DNA from: Alphaproteobacteria bacterium
GTDB lineage: Bacteria > Pseudomonadota > Alphaproteobacteria > CAAHEQ01 > UBA3637
Direction of reading: 5' to 3'
NCBI GenBank assembly: GCA_045632845.1
Contig: JAZQXL010000020.1
Coordinates: 35,386 to 99,385, forward strand
Length of the DNA: 64,000 bases
Made by a program: the position numbers and the translations under genes. Below, one piece after another: positions 10,099-20,077 of this stretch (its first letter is position 1; the number at the start of each line of letters is the position of its first letter). The notes under the pieces were generated by a model. That model was not told the origin of the DNA, did no database searches, and worked only from the letters and a program-made list of their open reading frames with translations.

Positions 10099-11300
10099 TA
10101 CTTCCCTTTTTGATTTTTTAAATACGCTTGAAAAAGAGCTGGATTTTTCTTCCAAAAATCATCTGGAACATTTTTTAAATCTTCCATAATTTTGCTTGAC
10201 CGTTTCCATATTGGTGCCTTAGATGAAACCCCTTGATTTTCTTTTATCCATAAGCCATAAGCACGCCTTACTTCCAAAGATTGCATGCTGGGAACAAGCA
10301 TTTCTTTTGCATTTTTTAAAATATGATTTTTTAATAAATTTAAATCTTTTTTTGCTTCATTTCCAAGACAAAAAGCATCATCTAAATACATCTGTTTATA
10401 AAAATCATATTTTTGTTTAATCGAGTTAGGCGCACACAAAAATAAAGTAGGCATTTTCAAAAATGAAGTGATAATTGTTTTTGAATCTGTAGAAAATATA
10501 TCTGCAACTTTTGAAACATTAGAATGGATTCTATCAGGCGCTACTTGCAACAACGAGGGAGCAAATAAATACATTTTGCAAATATCTTCTTTTGGCAAAT
10601 TAAAATATTTTGTCCCAGCATCTATTTTTTCAATCAAATTTTGATCTGAATAACTCAACAATGAAGGTGCTTTCAAAAATGATTTTTGAACATCATCTTT
10701 TGACACATCAAAATCTTCTGATATCTTTTGTATGAGATTTAAAACCGTTTCTGGATTTCTGGTTAATATATTTGGAAACTCCTTAAATAATTTTGAAAAA
10801 TCAGTTTCATCTAAATTTAAACCTTTTTTTAAAAGTGTTACGTTTTTCATCACATATTCAGGAGAAAAAGCAAGCAATGTAGGATGCTTCAAACTTTTTT
10901 CTAAAAAAACAGCGGGTTCAACACCAACAATTTCAGCATTTTTAATTAAATTTGAAAAAAGTCCCTCAGGTTTTCTGGTTAACAAATTAGGCTGTTTAAC
11001 AAGAATTGAAACAAGTTTTTCTGGTTCTATTTTCAAAAGTTTTGCATTTTGAAGTAGGTTTTTCCTCAACATTGGTAAAGAGGTTGTTAACAATAAGCGA
11101 GGCTCTTTTACAATCGCTTTTTTTGCCACATTTTTAGAAACTGAAAATTCATCAAAAAACAAAAAAAGATCATCTATCTTCTTTGATATTTCTGTTTTTG
11201 AAAAAGGATTTACCTTTGTCTTCATCCAAAAATCAATAACTTTAGATGCCTCATCCTTTGAAAAACCAGCGTTTAAAAATGTGTCAACAACTTCACTCAT
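10098..11300 (-). CDS. mTERF-like helical repeat protein (paralog 1)
   Basis: Seven ~36-aa repeats (KEPRLL, KQPNLL, KHPTLL, EFPNIL, KAPSLL, FAPSLL, KMPTLF); ATGA overlap with rlmB. Confidence 0.72.
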   Translation of the reverse strand: MSEVVDTFLNAGFSKDEASKVIDFWMKTKVNPFSKTEISKKIDDLFLFFDEFSVSKNVAKKAIVKEPRLLLTTSLPMLRKNLLQNAKLLKIEPEKLVSILVKQPNLLTRKPEGLFSNLIKNAEIVGVEPAVFLEKSLKHPTLLAFSPEYVMKNVTLLKKGLNLDETDFSKLFKEFPNILTRNPETVLNLIQKISEDFDVSKDDVQKSFLKAPSLLSYSDQNLIEKIDAGTKYFNLPKEDICKMYLFAPSLLQVAPDRIHSNVSKVADIFSTDSKTIITSFLKMPTLFLCAPNSIKQKYDFYKQMYLDDAFCLGNEAKKDLNLLKNHILKNAKEMLVPSMQSLEVRRAYGLWIKENQGVSSKAPIWKRSSKIMEDLKNVPDDFWKKNPALFQAYLKNQKGK

Positions 11301-12079
11301 TTATTCATTCCCAAATGGTGTTGTCTGTTCCATTCATACAAAGCAATCGCACAAGCGTTTGAAACATTCAAACTTTCAACCGAAGGATTCATTGGAAGCT
11401 TCACCGTATCATCACAATTTTCACTTGTCAAACGTCTCAATCCATCCCCTTCTGATCCCATAACAACAACACATTTCTTCGGCAATTTGGCTTGATATAT
11501 ACTGTGTTTTGCATACCCATCTAATCCAATACACCAAAATCCACTTTCTTTAAGCTCTTGCATTGCTCTCGTTAAATTTTTAACTTTGACCAATGGAATT
11601 AATTCCAACGCACCACTCGCTGACTTTGCAAGAACACCTGTTTCATCCGGAGCACCATTTTGCGGAACAATAACCCCACATGCATTAAATGCAGCTGCTG
11701 AACGCAAAACGGCCCCAATGTTATGCGGATCGGTCACTTGGTCCAAAATCACAACCAATGCATGTTCTTTATCTTCCACCTCATTCATCAAATCAATCAC
11801 ATCATATTGTGGCAATGGCTGACATCTAGCAACAATACCTTGGTGGACAGCTTCTTTCCCCACAAGGGAATCCAATTGTTCTTTTGAAACTATTTTGAAT
11901 GACACATTTTTAGGAATTTGAATTTTATCCAAAGAACCAGAAAGAACAAGAACTTCACGCACCACCCTTCTTTTATTTGCCAATGCTAAAGAAACTGGAT
12001 GTTTTCCATATAAATAAATATCTTTTTGAGGAGCAGAATTCCCTCTTGAAAATTCTTTTGAGTGTTGTCTTTTTTTCAT
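11297..12079 (-). CDS. rlmB: 23S rRNA Gm2251 2'-O-methyltransferase (SPOUT/TrmH family)
   Basis: LYGKHPV, HQGIVA, LDQVTDPHNIGAVLRSA, VMGSEGDG, VESLNVSNA. Confidence 0.93.
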   Translation of the reverse strand: MKKRQHSKEFSRGNSAPQKDIYLYGKHPVSLALANKRRVVREVLVLSGSLDKIQIPKNVSFKIVSKEQLDSLVGKEAVHQGIVARCQPLPQYDVIDLMNEVEDKEHALVVILDQVTDPHNIGAVLRSAAAFNACGVIVPQNGAPDETGVLAKSASGALELIPLVKVKNLTRAMQELKESGFWCIGLDGYAKHSIYQAKLPKKCVVVMGSEGDGLRRLTSENCDDTVKLPMNPSVESLNVSNACAIALYEWNRQHHLGMNK

Positions 12080-12156
12080 ATCAAATCCCTTAAAAATAAA
12101 AACTGTTTCAGATTATACCATTTTTTGAGTATTTTAGCAATTAAAAAACCACGCAT

Positions 12157-12195
12157 AAAAAAACACCACCTCTTTTTCAGAAAGTGGTGTTTTTT
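12157..12195. terminator. intrinsic terminator after ileS
   Basis: A7-CACCAC..GTGGTG-T6 hairpin. Confidence 0.65.
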
Positions 12196-12206
12196 ATTGT
12201 TTTTAA

Positions 12207-15200
12207 TTAATTTTTACTAACATCAAATGAAATGGAGGAATCACCCAATTCTTCGACTTTAAACAAGTTTTCTGTTACAGGTTTAATTTCAACAGCAAGA
12301 ACTTGATCTTTGATGTAATTTTCATGTTCACCAATGGCTTCTTTAACCAAAGATGAGATTGTGTTATATGAAAGAGTAATTCTATCAGAAACATCAAAAC
12401 TCTTTTCTTTTCTCAAAGATTGAATCATACGAACAAAGTCACGAGCAATACCTTCTTTTTCAAGTTCTGGTACAATTTCAACATCTAATTGAACAACAAC
12501 TGTATTGTCTGGAAGAGCTTGTCCTTGTAATCCTTCTTTCAACACAAGACGTAACTCAAATTCTTCAGCTGTCAATGTTTGACCTGCAATTGAGAGTGTA
12601 CCATCTTCATTTTTATGCCAATTTGCGCCTTTTGATTCTGCCATAATATCTTTCATAAAACGACCCAAGCGTTTTCCAATTAATGGCGTTTTTAAATAAA
12701 GGAATGTATTTGCAACTTCTTTAATATCTGTTTTAAAGATAATTTCTTTAACATTCACTTCTTCTTTCAAAACTTCAGCAAATTCATAAAGTTTTTCAAC
12801 ACTTGCCCCTGCCAATGTCATTGAACGCAATGGCAAACGGTTACGTAATCTGTGTTCTTCACGAATAGCTTTTGCTGTTGAAGAAATGGCACGAACCATA
12901 TCCATTTTTTCCATCAACTCTGTATCAAGTGTCAAAGCACTCACATCAGGATATGTTCTCAAATGAACAGATTCTTTACCCGCCAAACTACGATAGACAT
13001 ATTCACTCATCATTGGCATCAACGGAGCCATAACTTTAGCAACAGTGATTAAAACAGTGTAAAGCACATTAAAGGCATCCAAATCTGTACCGTCCCAGAA
13101 ACGTGTACGAGAACGGCGGATGTACCAGTTGTTTAAAATATCTAAAAATTCTGAACAAAGTGCACAAGCTTGATTGATGTCGTAAGCTTGCATTGATGTT
13201 TTAACATCCTCAGTCAAAACTTTTAATTTAGATAAAATGTACTTATCCAAAACATCTGTTGATCCAACTGTTTTTGTTGCTTTAATACCTTCAGCATTTG
13301 CATAGAGGCAGAAGAAATAGAAAGCATTCCATAAAGGCATTAATGCTTTACGAGCAGCTTTTGAAACTTCTTTACCCTCTTGGTCAATCATAACGTTACC
13401 ACCCTTAATAACAGGGGATGAAATCAAGAACCAACGAAGCGCATCAGAACCCATTGAATCAAGAACAATGTATGGATCTGGGTAGTTTTTCAACTTTTTA
13501 GAAAGTTTAACACCACCTTCCGCCATAATAAGTCCTGTACATAAACAGTTTTTAAACGCTGGTTTATGATGAAGTGCTGTACCTAAAACATGCAATGTAT
13601 AGAACCATCCACGTGTCTGATCAATTGCTTCAACAATAAAATCAGCTGGGAAATGATTTTCAAACCATGTTTTGTTTTCAAATGGATAATGGATTTGACC
13701 TTCAGGCATTGAACCAGATTCAAACCAACAATCGAAAACATCTGTTACACGGCGCATCATTGTTTTGCCAGATGGATCATCTGGGTTTTTGTAAACAACA
13801 TCATCAATGATTGGACGGTGCAAATCAGAAACTTCAATACCTGTTTTTTCTTTAATTTCAGCAATTGAACCAAATACATCAATGCGTGGAAATTCTGGAT
13901 TATCAGATTTCCAAACAGGAATTGGGGTTCCCCAAAAACGATTTCGTGAGATTGACCAATCTCTTGCACCTTCAAGCCACTTACCAAAACGACCATGTTT
14001 TAAGTGATCAGGAGTCCAAGTAATTTGTTCATTCAAAGCAACCATTTCATCTCTAAAGTCAGAAACTTTCACAAACCACCCACTCATTGCTTTATAAATA
14101 AGTGGTGTATCAGTCCGCCAGCAGTAGGGATAACTGTGTGTGATTTGTTCTTTCTTAACCAAAAGACGATTTTCTTTTAACCAAGCCATAATAGCTTCAT
14201 TTGTGTCAAAAACTTGTTGTCCTTGATAATCCGGAACTTCAGCTGTAAAACAACCAGCTTCATCCACAGGACATACAACAGGGAATTCTGGGTTTAATGA
14301 ACGGCAAACATCAAAGTCATCTTGCCCAAAACCAGGAGCAATATGAACAATACCTGTACCATCTTCCACAGACACAAATTCACCAGATAAAACCTTAAAA
14401 CATCCAGCTTCTTTTAATGATTTAAAATATGGGAACATTGGTTCATAAGAAAGACCGACCAACTCTGAACCTTTGATTGTTCCAACTTGTTCTGCGTGCT
14501 GCAACTGTTGTTTATATCTTGGCAACAAAGCTGCTGCTAAAATATATTTTTCATCCCCTTCTTGCATAATTGCATAATCAATATCTGCTCCAACTGCCAG
14601 CATTAGGTTTGAAGGAAGCGTCCAAGGGGTTGTTGTCCACACAAGAACATTCATACCGTTTTCCAATTTAAACAAAACAGTAATAGCTGTATCTGTTTTA
14701 TCTTTATAACCCAAATTTACTTCAAAGTTTGAAACAGGTGTTTGGGCGCACCAAGAATAAGGTTGAACACGATAATCTTCATAAACCAACCCTTTATCAT
14801 ACAACTGTTTAAAGTTGTGGATAATTGATTCCATAAATGGCAAATCCATTGTTTTATAATCATTATCAAAATCAACCCAACGACCAATACGTTTGAACAT
14901 ATCAGTCCAAATTGTTGAATATTTCAAAACATTTGTACGGCAAAAATCATTGAATTTTTGAATACCAAACTCTTCAATTGCTTTATGCCCAGAAACATTC
15001 AATTCTTTTTCAGCCGCCATTTCAGCTGGAAGACCGTGACAGTCCCAACCTAAACGACGTTCAACACGTTTTCCATTCATTGTTTGAAAGCGTGCAATTG
15101 TATCTTTAACGTAAGAAATCATAATATGTCCATAGTGAGGCAACCCGTTTGCAAATGGAGGGCCATCATAGAATACAAATTCTTCAGCTTCTTTTCTAAT

Positions 15201-15314
15201 TTCAATCGATTTTTGAAATATCTTTTGCTCTTCCCAATAAGCAATCATTTCTTTTTCCATTTCAGGAAAACTGATTTTAGAATTTAACTGTGGATAATAT
15301 TTTTGTTGAGACAT
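12207..15314 (-). CDS. ileS: isoleucine--tRNA ligase, type 2
   Basis: DGPPFANGLPHYGH, WSISRNRFWGTPIP, KLSKK, type-2 C-terminus EGIARDFVRMIQSLRK. Confidence 0.96.
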   Translation of the reverse strand: MSQQKYYPQLNSKISFPEMEKEMIAYWEEQKIFQKSIEIRKEAEEFVFYDGPPFANGLPHYGHIMISYVKDTIARFQTMNGKRVERRLGWDCHGLPAEMAAEKELNVSGHKAIEEFGIQKFNDFCRTNVLKYSTIWTDMFKRIGRWVDFDNDYKTMDLPFMESIIHNFKQLYDKGLVYEDYRVQPYSWCAQTPVSNFEVNLGYKDKTDTAITVLFKLENGMNVLVWTTTPWTLPSNLMLAVGADIDYAIMQEGDEKYILAAALLPRYKQQLQHAEQVGTIKGSELVGLSYEPMFPYFKSLKEAGCFKVLSGEFVSVEDGTGIVHIAPGFGQDDFDVCRSLNPEFPVVCPVDEAGCFTAEVPDYQGQQVFDTNEAIMAWLKENRLLVKKEQITHSYPYCWRTDTPLIYKAMSGWFVKVSDFRDEMVALNEQITWTPDHLKHGRFGKWLEGARDWSISRNRFWGTPIPVWKSDNPEFPRIDVFGSIAEIKEKTGIEVSDLHRPIIDDVVYKNPDDPSGKTMMRRVTDVFDCWFESGSMPEGQIHYPFENKTWFENHFPADFIVEAIDQTRGWFYTLHVLGTALHHKPAFKNCLCTGLIMAEGGVKLSKKLKNYPDPYIVLDSMGSDALRWFLISSPVIKGGNVMIDQEGKEVSKAARKALMPLWNAFYFFCLYANAEGIKATKTVGSTDVLDKYILSKLKVLTEDVKTSMQAYDINQACALCSEFLDILNNWYIRRSRTRFWDGTDLDAFNVLYTVLITVAKVMAPLMPMMSEYVYRSLAGKESVHLRTYPDVSALTLDTELMEKMDMVRAISSTAKAIREEHRLRNRLPLRSMTLAGASVEKLYEFAEVLKEEVNVKEIIFKTDIKEVANTFLYLKTPLIGKRLGRFMKDIMAESKGANWHKNEDGTLSIAGQTLTAEEFELRLVLKEGLQGQALPDNTVVVQLDVEIVPELEKEGIARDFVRMIQSLRKEKSFDVSDRITLSYNTISSLVKEAIGEHENYIKDQVLAVEIKPVTENLFKVEELGDSSISFDVSKN

Positions 15315-15427
15315 ATTTTTTTCCTTACCTTACGCAAAAAATTATTTTCAAAACTTTATAGAGCCAGATTATGCCAAAAAAATGCCTAAAAATCAAGCAA
15401 AAATATCAAAATTTTCTATTTATTAGA

Positions 15428-15970
15428 TTAATTAGCAGACAAAAACCTCATTGAAAGAGCTTCTTCATTTTGAAAAATTTCAACTTTCAAATTGTTTTTT
15501 TGCATCCAATCCTTCAACCACAAAGCAACCGCATATTGTGGTTTTTCAAACCCTTCATCACCAAGCAAAATTTGCTTTTTTTTATCTTCTAAAAATAATC
15601 CTTTTCCTGTACAAACAAAACCATTTTCAGTTAACTCAATACTTCCGCCCCGAATTAAAATTTCAGAAGACATTAACACAAAAATCAAATGTTCTTTTTT
15701 CTGAACTTGTCCTACCAAGGAAATCGGCATTGGTAATGTGTCTAAATATTTTAATGCAATATCTAATGTAATTGAAGAATCAACACCCAAAAGAGCACGA
15801 TACAACCTTAATCTTGCAACCAAAACACCTGTGGACTGTTTTAATAAATCAACGCCTTCTTCAACAAAAGAGGCGTCCATTTTTAATAACTCAGTTGTGT
15901 TATCTAAAACCCCAATACTACCTGCCAAATCATGGCACATTTTTGTAACAAAAACCTCACTTAAATTCAT
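15428..15970 (-). CDS. chpT: histidine phosphotransferase ChpT-like
   Basis: TKMCHDLAGSIG H-box followed by RLRLYRALLG. Confidence 0.75.
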   Translation of the reverse strand: MNLSEVFVTKMCHDLAGSIGVLDNTTELLKMDASFVEEGVDLLKQSTGVLVARLRLYRALLGVDSSITLDIALKYLDTLPMPISLVGQVQKKEHLIFVLMSSEILIRGGSIELTENGFVCTGKGLFLEDKKKQILLGDEGFEKPQYAVALWLKDWMQKNNLKVEIFQNEEALSMRFLSAN

Positions 15971-16853
15971 GCTTCACCTCTTTTTCATCCAAAAGCATTT
16001 TGGCAATTTGCGAACCAATTTCTGTTGCAGAAGAAATCACTTTAATCCCTGCCTTTTCCAATGCTTTTTCTTTCAATTGCAAAGCATTTTCTTCAACTCT
16101 AACACCAAGAACAGGTGTTTTTTCTTCACGCACAACATGGCGCCCAGGAATATAAATGGCGATTTTTTTGCGGCTCTTTTTTTTCTTTAAAAAATCAATT
16201 AATTCATATTCAAATTCACCACTTGCTTTCCCAATCAACAAGATAATATTTGTTTTTGCATCTTTTAAAAAAGCTTCAACAAATGGGATAAAAGAAGAGC
16301 CAATAATTGCAGCTGAACCAATCGCAGCACAAGAAGAAACACCCAAATCAAATTTAGATAATTGTTGAACAGCCTCATATGTCAAAGAACTTGATCTTGA
16401 AACAATGCCAACACTTCCTTTTGGAAACAAATGTGCTGGAACCGTGCCCGCCAAACATTCATCAGCTGTCACAACCCCAGGCGCAGATGGACCAACCAGT
16501 TGAACTTTATATTTAACAGCCAACTGCTTCATCTTTAAAACATCTTGATATGGCACATGATTAACAGGGCAAATAATAACAGGAATATGAGATTTAGCCG
16601 CCTCTTCAAAATCTTGCAACACCCGTTGTGGACTTGAAAAAATAACACTAATTTGTGGTTTTGTCTTTCGAACAGCATCTTTAACAGTTTGAAATACAGG
16701 AATATTTTGAAATGTTGTAACAGATTTATCTTTACTAACCCCCGCAACAATATTTGTGCCGTATAAAAGAGCTTTTTCAACATGCATTGCAGCTGAAGAA
16801 GAGGTAATTCCTTGATACAAAACAGGTGTATTTTTGTTTGGAAATTTAAACAT
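15957..16853 (-). CDS. sucD: succinyl-CoA synthetase alpha-like protein, degenerate active site
   Basis: YQGIT, YGTNIVAGV, VGIVSRSSSLTYEAV; GHAG phospho-His loop missing. Confidence 0.8.
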   Translation of the reverse strand: MFKFPNKNTPVLYQGITSSSAAMHVEKALLYGTNIVAGVSKDKSVTTFQNIPVFQTVKDAVRKTKPQISVIFSSPQRVLQDFEEAAKSHIPVIICPVNHVPYQDVLKMKQLAVKYKVQLVGPSAPGVVTADECLAGTVPAHLFPKGSVGIVSRSSSLTYEAVQQLSKFDLGVSSCAAIGSAAIIGSSFIPFVEAFLKDAKTNIILLIGKASGEFEYELIDFLKKKKSRKKIAIYIPGRHVVREEKTPVLGVRVEENALQLKEKALEKAGIKVISSATEIGSQIAKMLLDEKEVKHEFK

Positions 16854-17989
16854 TACAACAACTCCTCCACTTGACGAATAACCATATCTGCAGCTTCATC
16901 TAAATCTTTCATCACAACAAGCGGTAAATGTGAATCAAATAACAAACGAGAACCAACTTGCGCATTTGTTCCATCCATTCGAACAATTAAAGGCATTCCA
17001 ACCGATATTTCTTGCGAAGCAGAAATCAAACCATCTGCAATGACATCGCATCTTGTAATGCCGCCAAAAATGTTCACAAAAACACCTTCAACATTTGGCT
17101 CACTCAACGCCAATTTTAAAGCTTGAAAAACAGATTCTTTTGTTGGTTCTGTCCCCACATCTAATAAACAAGCAGGCTTTCCACCCTTTTGGGCCAACAA
17201 ATCAATTGTTGCCGCACCCAAGCCAGAACCATTAACCAAACAAGCAATATTCCCGTCAAAAGAAACGTATCTAAAATTATGAATTCTTGCACGTTCTTGC
17301 CGTTCCAAACCCAAAGGAATTTCACGCATTTTTGCAATTTCAGGAAAACGGAACATTGCTTCATCATCAAAAATAATCCGACAATCTAAAACAACCCATT
17401 TACCTTTTTGATTCAAAACCAAAGGATCAAACTCAATTGCCAAAACATTATATTTCACAAAAAAAGCATACATTTGTTTTAAAATCGGCAACATCAATGC
17501 TTCTTGCACATTTTTAAAATGAAACATTTTTAAAATACGGCACCAAAACAAAACGCTCGGTTTTCCAACAGGCAATTCACACTCTGACGTTTTTTTCTTT
17601 GACTTAATGCACACAAGCATTTTTTGAGTTTGTGTATCCACACGCATGGAGAGAGAAACTTTTTCTTCAATTTGACACAACTCTTCAACATAAATACGTT
17701 GTACAGGATAATACATTCCCCTACCCGTCAACACCTTGCTGTTGAACAAAGTTGTTGCCAACGTTTCAACTTCTTCAAGTGAATGCGCATCTAAAGAACC
17801 TTGAATATTTGGAATATATTCCACAATTTTTTCAGCGAGCGGCAACTGAACGTGCAAGCGCCAACTTTTACAAGACATTCCTTTTGCAATTTCAACCGCT
17901 TCTTCAACGGTATAAGCAACATTTCCTTTTAATACAGGAATTTTGTTTTCACGCAATAATCGTTTATTTTGATATTCGCAAAGTTCCAT
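16853..17989 (-). CDS. sucC: succinyl-CoA synthetase beta-like protein, degenerate ATP-grasp
   Basis: GNIACLVNGSGL, NIFGGITRCDVIADG, VRMDGTN; GGRGK motif missing. Confidence 0.82.
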   Translation of the reverse strand: MELCEYQNKRLLRENKIPVLKGNVAYTVEEAVEIAKGMSCKSWRLHVQLPLAEKIVEYIPNIQGSLDAHSLEEVETLATTLFNSKVLTGRGMYYPVQRIYVEELCQIEEKVSLSMRVDTQTQKMLVCIKSKKKTSECELPVGKPSVLFWCRILKMFHFKNVQEALMLPILKQMYAFFVKYNVLAIEFDPLVLNQKGKWVVLDCRIIFDDEAMFRFPEIAKMREIPLGLERQERARIHNFRYVSFDGNIACLVNGSGLGAATIDLLAQKGGKPACLLDVGTEPTKESVFQALKLALSEPNVEGVFVNIFGGITRCDVIADGLISASQEISVGMPLIVRMDGTNAQVGSRLLFDSHLPLVVMKDLDEAADMVIRQVEELL

Positions 17990-18177
17990 GTCTCATCCTT
18001 ACTTTTTGTTTTCGTATGCCCATTTTCTCACAAACCATCTTTAAAGTCCAGATATTTTTTTATTGACAAATGGAAGTTTTTTATATATTATAAAAGTAGT
18101 TTCATTGGCATTTACTTATCACGCCAATTCTATATTATCTTAAATTTTTATTTCCCATTTTTATATATAAGGTTCGC

Positions 18178-19443
18178 ATGCAACTCAATGATTTAAAGAA
18201 AAAGACTCCTGCCGAGCTATTGGTTTATGCAGAAGAATTAGAGGTTGATAACGCTACTTCACTTAGAACACAAGATTTAATGTACGCTATTTTAAAAAAA
18301 TTGTCTGAATCAGAGGCAACACTTTTTGGCGAAGGTGTGTTAGAGGTGATGCAAGATGGTTTTGGCTTTTTACGTTCAGCTGAAGCAAACTATTTGGCTG
18401 GCCCTGATGATATTTACGTTGCACCAAGCCACATCAAAAAATGGGGTTTAAGAACAGGCGATACCATCAAAGGTGAAATCACAGCACCTAAAAATGGGGA
18501 AAAATACTTTTCACTCACAAAAATCAACACTGTAAACTATGAAGATCCTGAAGATTTGCGTTATCGTGTTAACTTTGACGATTTAACACCTTTATATCCA
18601 AACCAACCCATTGTGATGGAATATGAAGACACAAAACCTGAAAAGAACAAAGATTTAACACCAAGAATTATTGATCTTGTTTGCCCTCAAGGGAAAGGTC
18701 AACGATGCTTAATTGTTGCCCCTCCTCGCACGGGTAAAACAGTTATGCTCAAAAACATTGCACATTCAATTGAAAAAAATCATCCAGAAGCACATCTCAT
18801 CGTCTTGTTAATTGATGAAAGACCTGAAGAAGTGACAGATATGATCAGATCCATTAAAGGCGAAGTAATTAGTTCCACATTTGATGAACCAGCTGTTCGC
18901 CACGTTCAAGTCGCAGAAATGGTGATTGAAAAAGCAAAACGCCTTGTTGAACATAAAAAAGACGTGATTATTTTATTAGATTCTATCACACGTTTATCAC
19001 GTGCATATAATACCGTTATCCCAAGCTCTGGCAAAGTTTTAACTGGTGGTGTGGATGCAAACGCACTTCAAAAACCAAAACGTTTCTTTGGTGCTGCCAG
19101 AAACGTTGAAGAAGGTGGATCATTAACCATCTTTGGCACGGCTTTGATTGAAACTGGCTCTAGAATGGATGAAGTTATTTTTGAAGAATTTAAAGGAACT
19201 GGTAACTCTGAAATTATCCTTGATAGAAAAGTTTCTGACAAACGCATTTTCCCAGCCATTGACATCATCAAATCTGGCACAAGAAATGAAGACTTATTGG
19301 TTGATAAAAATAAACTTCCAAAAGTTTGGATTTTACGTCGCATTTTAATGCCAATGGGCGTAACAGATTCTATGGAATTCTTGATGGAAAAATTACGTCA
19401 AACCAAAAACAATGCAGAGTTTTTCGAAAGCATGAATCAATAA
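18178..19443 (+). CDS. rho: transcription termination factor Rho
   Basis: [36 protein letters not shown]. Confidence 0.99.
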   Translation: MQLNDLKKKTPAELLVYAEELEVDNATSLRTQDLMYAILKKLSESEATLFGEGVLEVMQDGFGFLRSAEANYLAGPDDIYVAPSHIKKWGLRTGDTIKGEITAPKNGEKYFSLTKINTVNYEDPEDLRYRVNFDDLTPLYPNQPIVMEYEDTKPEKNKDLTPRIIDLVCPQGKGQRCLIVAPPRTGKTVMLKNIAHSIEKNHPEAHLIVLLIDERPEEVTDMIRSIKGEVISSTFDEPAVRHVQVAEMVIEKAKRLVEHKKDVIILLDSITRLSRAYNTVIPSSGKVLTGGVDANALQKPKRFFGAARNVEEGGSLTIFGTALIETGSRMDEVIFEEFKGTGNSEIILDRKVSDKRIFPAIDIIKSGTRNEDLLVDKNKLPKVWILRRILMPMGVTDSMEFLMEKLRQTKNNAEFFESMNQ

Positions 19444-19484
19444 AACTTGATTTTTATACCAAAATATCGTATAAAAACAAGCAT

Positions 19485-19561
19485 GCACTTGTAGCTCAGC
19501 TGGATAGAGTATTGCCCTCCGAAGGCAAGGGTCGTGAGTTCGAATCTCGCCAAGTGCGCCA
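19485..19561 (+). tRNA. tRNA-Arg(CCG)
   Basis: Cloverleaf; anticodon arm TTGCC-CTCCGAA-GGCAA; GTTCGAATC; CCA end. Confidence 0.96.
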
Positions 19562-19800
19562 AAAAACACCACCTGCAAAGGTGGTTTTTTTGTACTTGAG
19601 CGGGAACAGAACTCACGAAGTGACGTTCGGTGAGCACCGCGAACGACGCCGAAGGCGGTCCTTTAGGACGAGTGTTTTATGCACGAGCAATCTCGCCAAG
19701 TGCGCCAAAAAACACCACCTGCAATGGTGGGCTTTTTTTGTACTTGAGCGGGAGAAAAACTCACGAAGTGACGTTCGGTGAGCCTTGCAAACGACGCCAA
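19543..19800 (+). repeat. tRNA-linked tandem repeat (146-bp period, about 1.8 copies)
   Basis: AATCTCGCCAAGTGCGCCAAAAAACACCACCTGCAA.. at 19543 and 19689; similarity extends about 110 bp. Confidence 0.9.
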
Positions 19801-19968
19801 GCAAAAAACTTTTAATAAAAATATACACACAGAACGACGTAGTACAACGCGTTTTGTGCACAAAAAAAGATAAAATATTACTATTTGTGATATTTTTTTA
19901 TAAAATCACAAAAAAACACTTGCATTTTATCTCAAAATGGAATATAAATACGATTACCAATTCAATAT

Positions 19969-20043
19969 TGGGCTGTCGCCAAGTGGTAAGGCAACGGTTT
20001 TTGATACCGTCATTCGTTGGTTCGAATCCAGCCAGCCCAGCCA
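19969..20043 (+). tRNA. tRNA-Gln(TTG)
   Basis: Cloverleaf; ACGGT-TTTTGAT-ACCGT anticodon arm; CCA end. Confidence 0.96.
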
Positions 20044-20045
20044 AT

Positions 20046-20077
20046 AAAAAAGGTCCCGTTTATCGGGACTTTTTTTA
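20046..20077 (+). terminator. terminator after tRNA-Gln
   Basis: GTCCCG-tttat-CGGGAC-T8. Confidence 0.75.

Noticed and set aside
19543-19800. CRISPR array
   Set aside because: Only two long units that begin with a tRNA 3' end; no unique spacers and no cas genes
19827-19842. 16-bp exact match ACACAGAACGACGTAG also at 37753-37768 in nadE
   Set aside because: About one such match is expected by chance in 64 kb, and it does not extend
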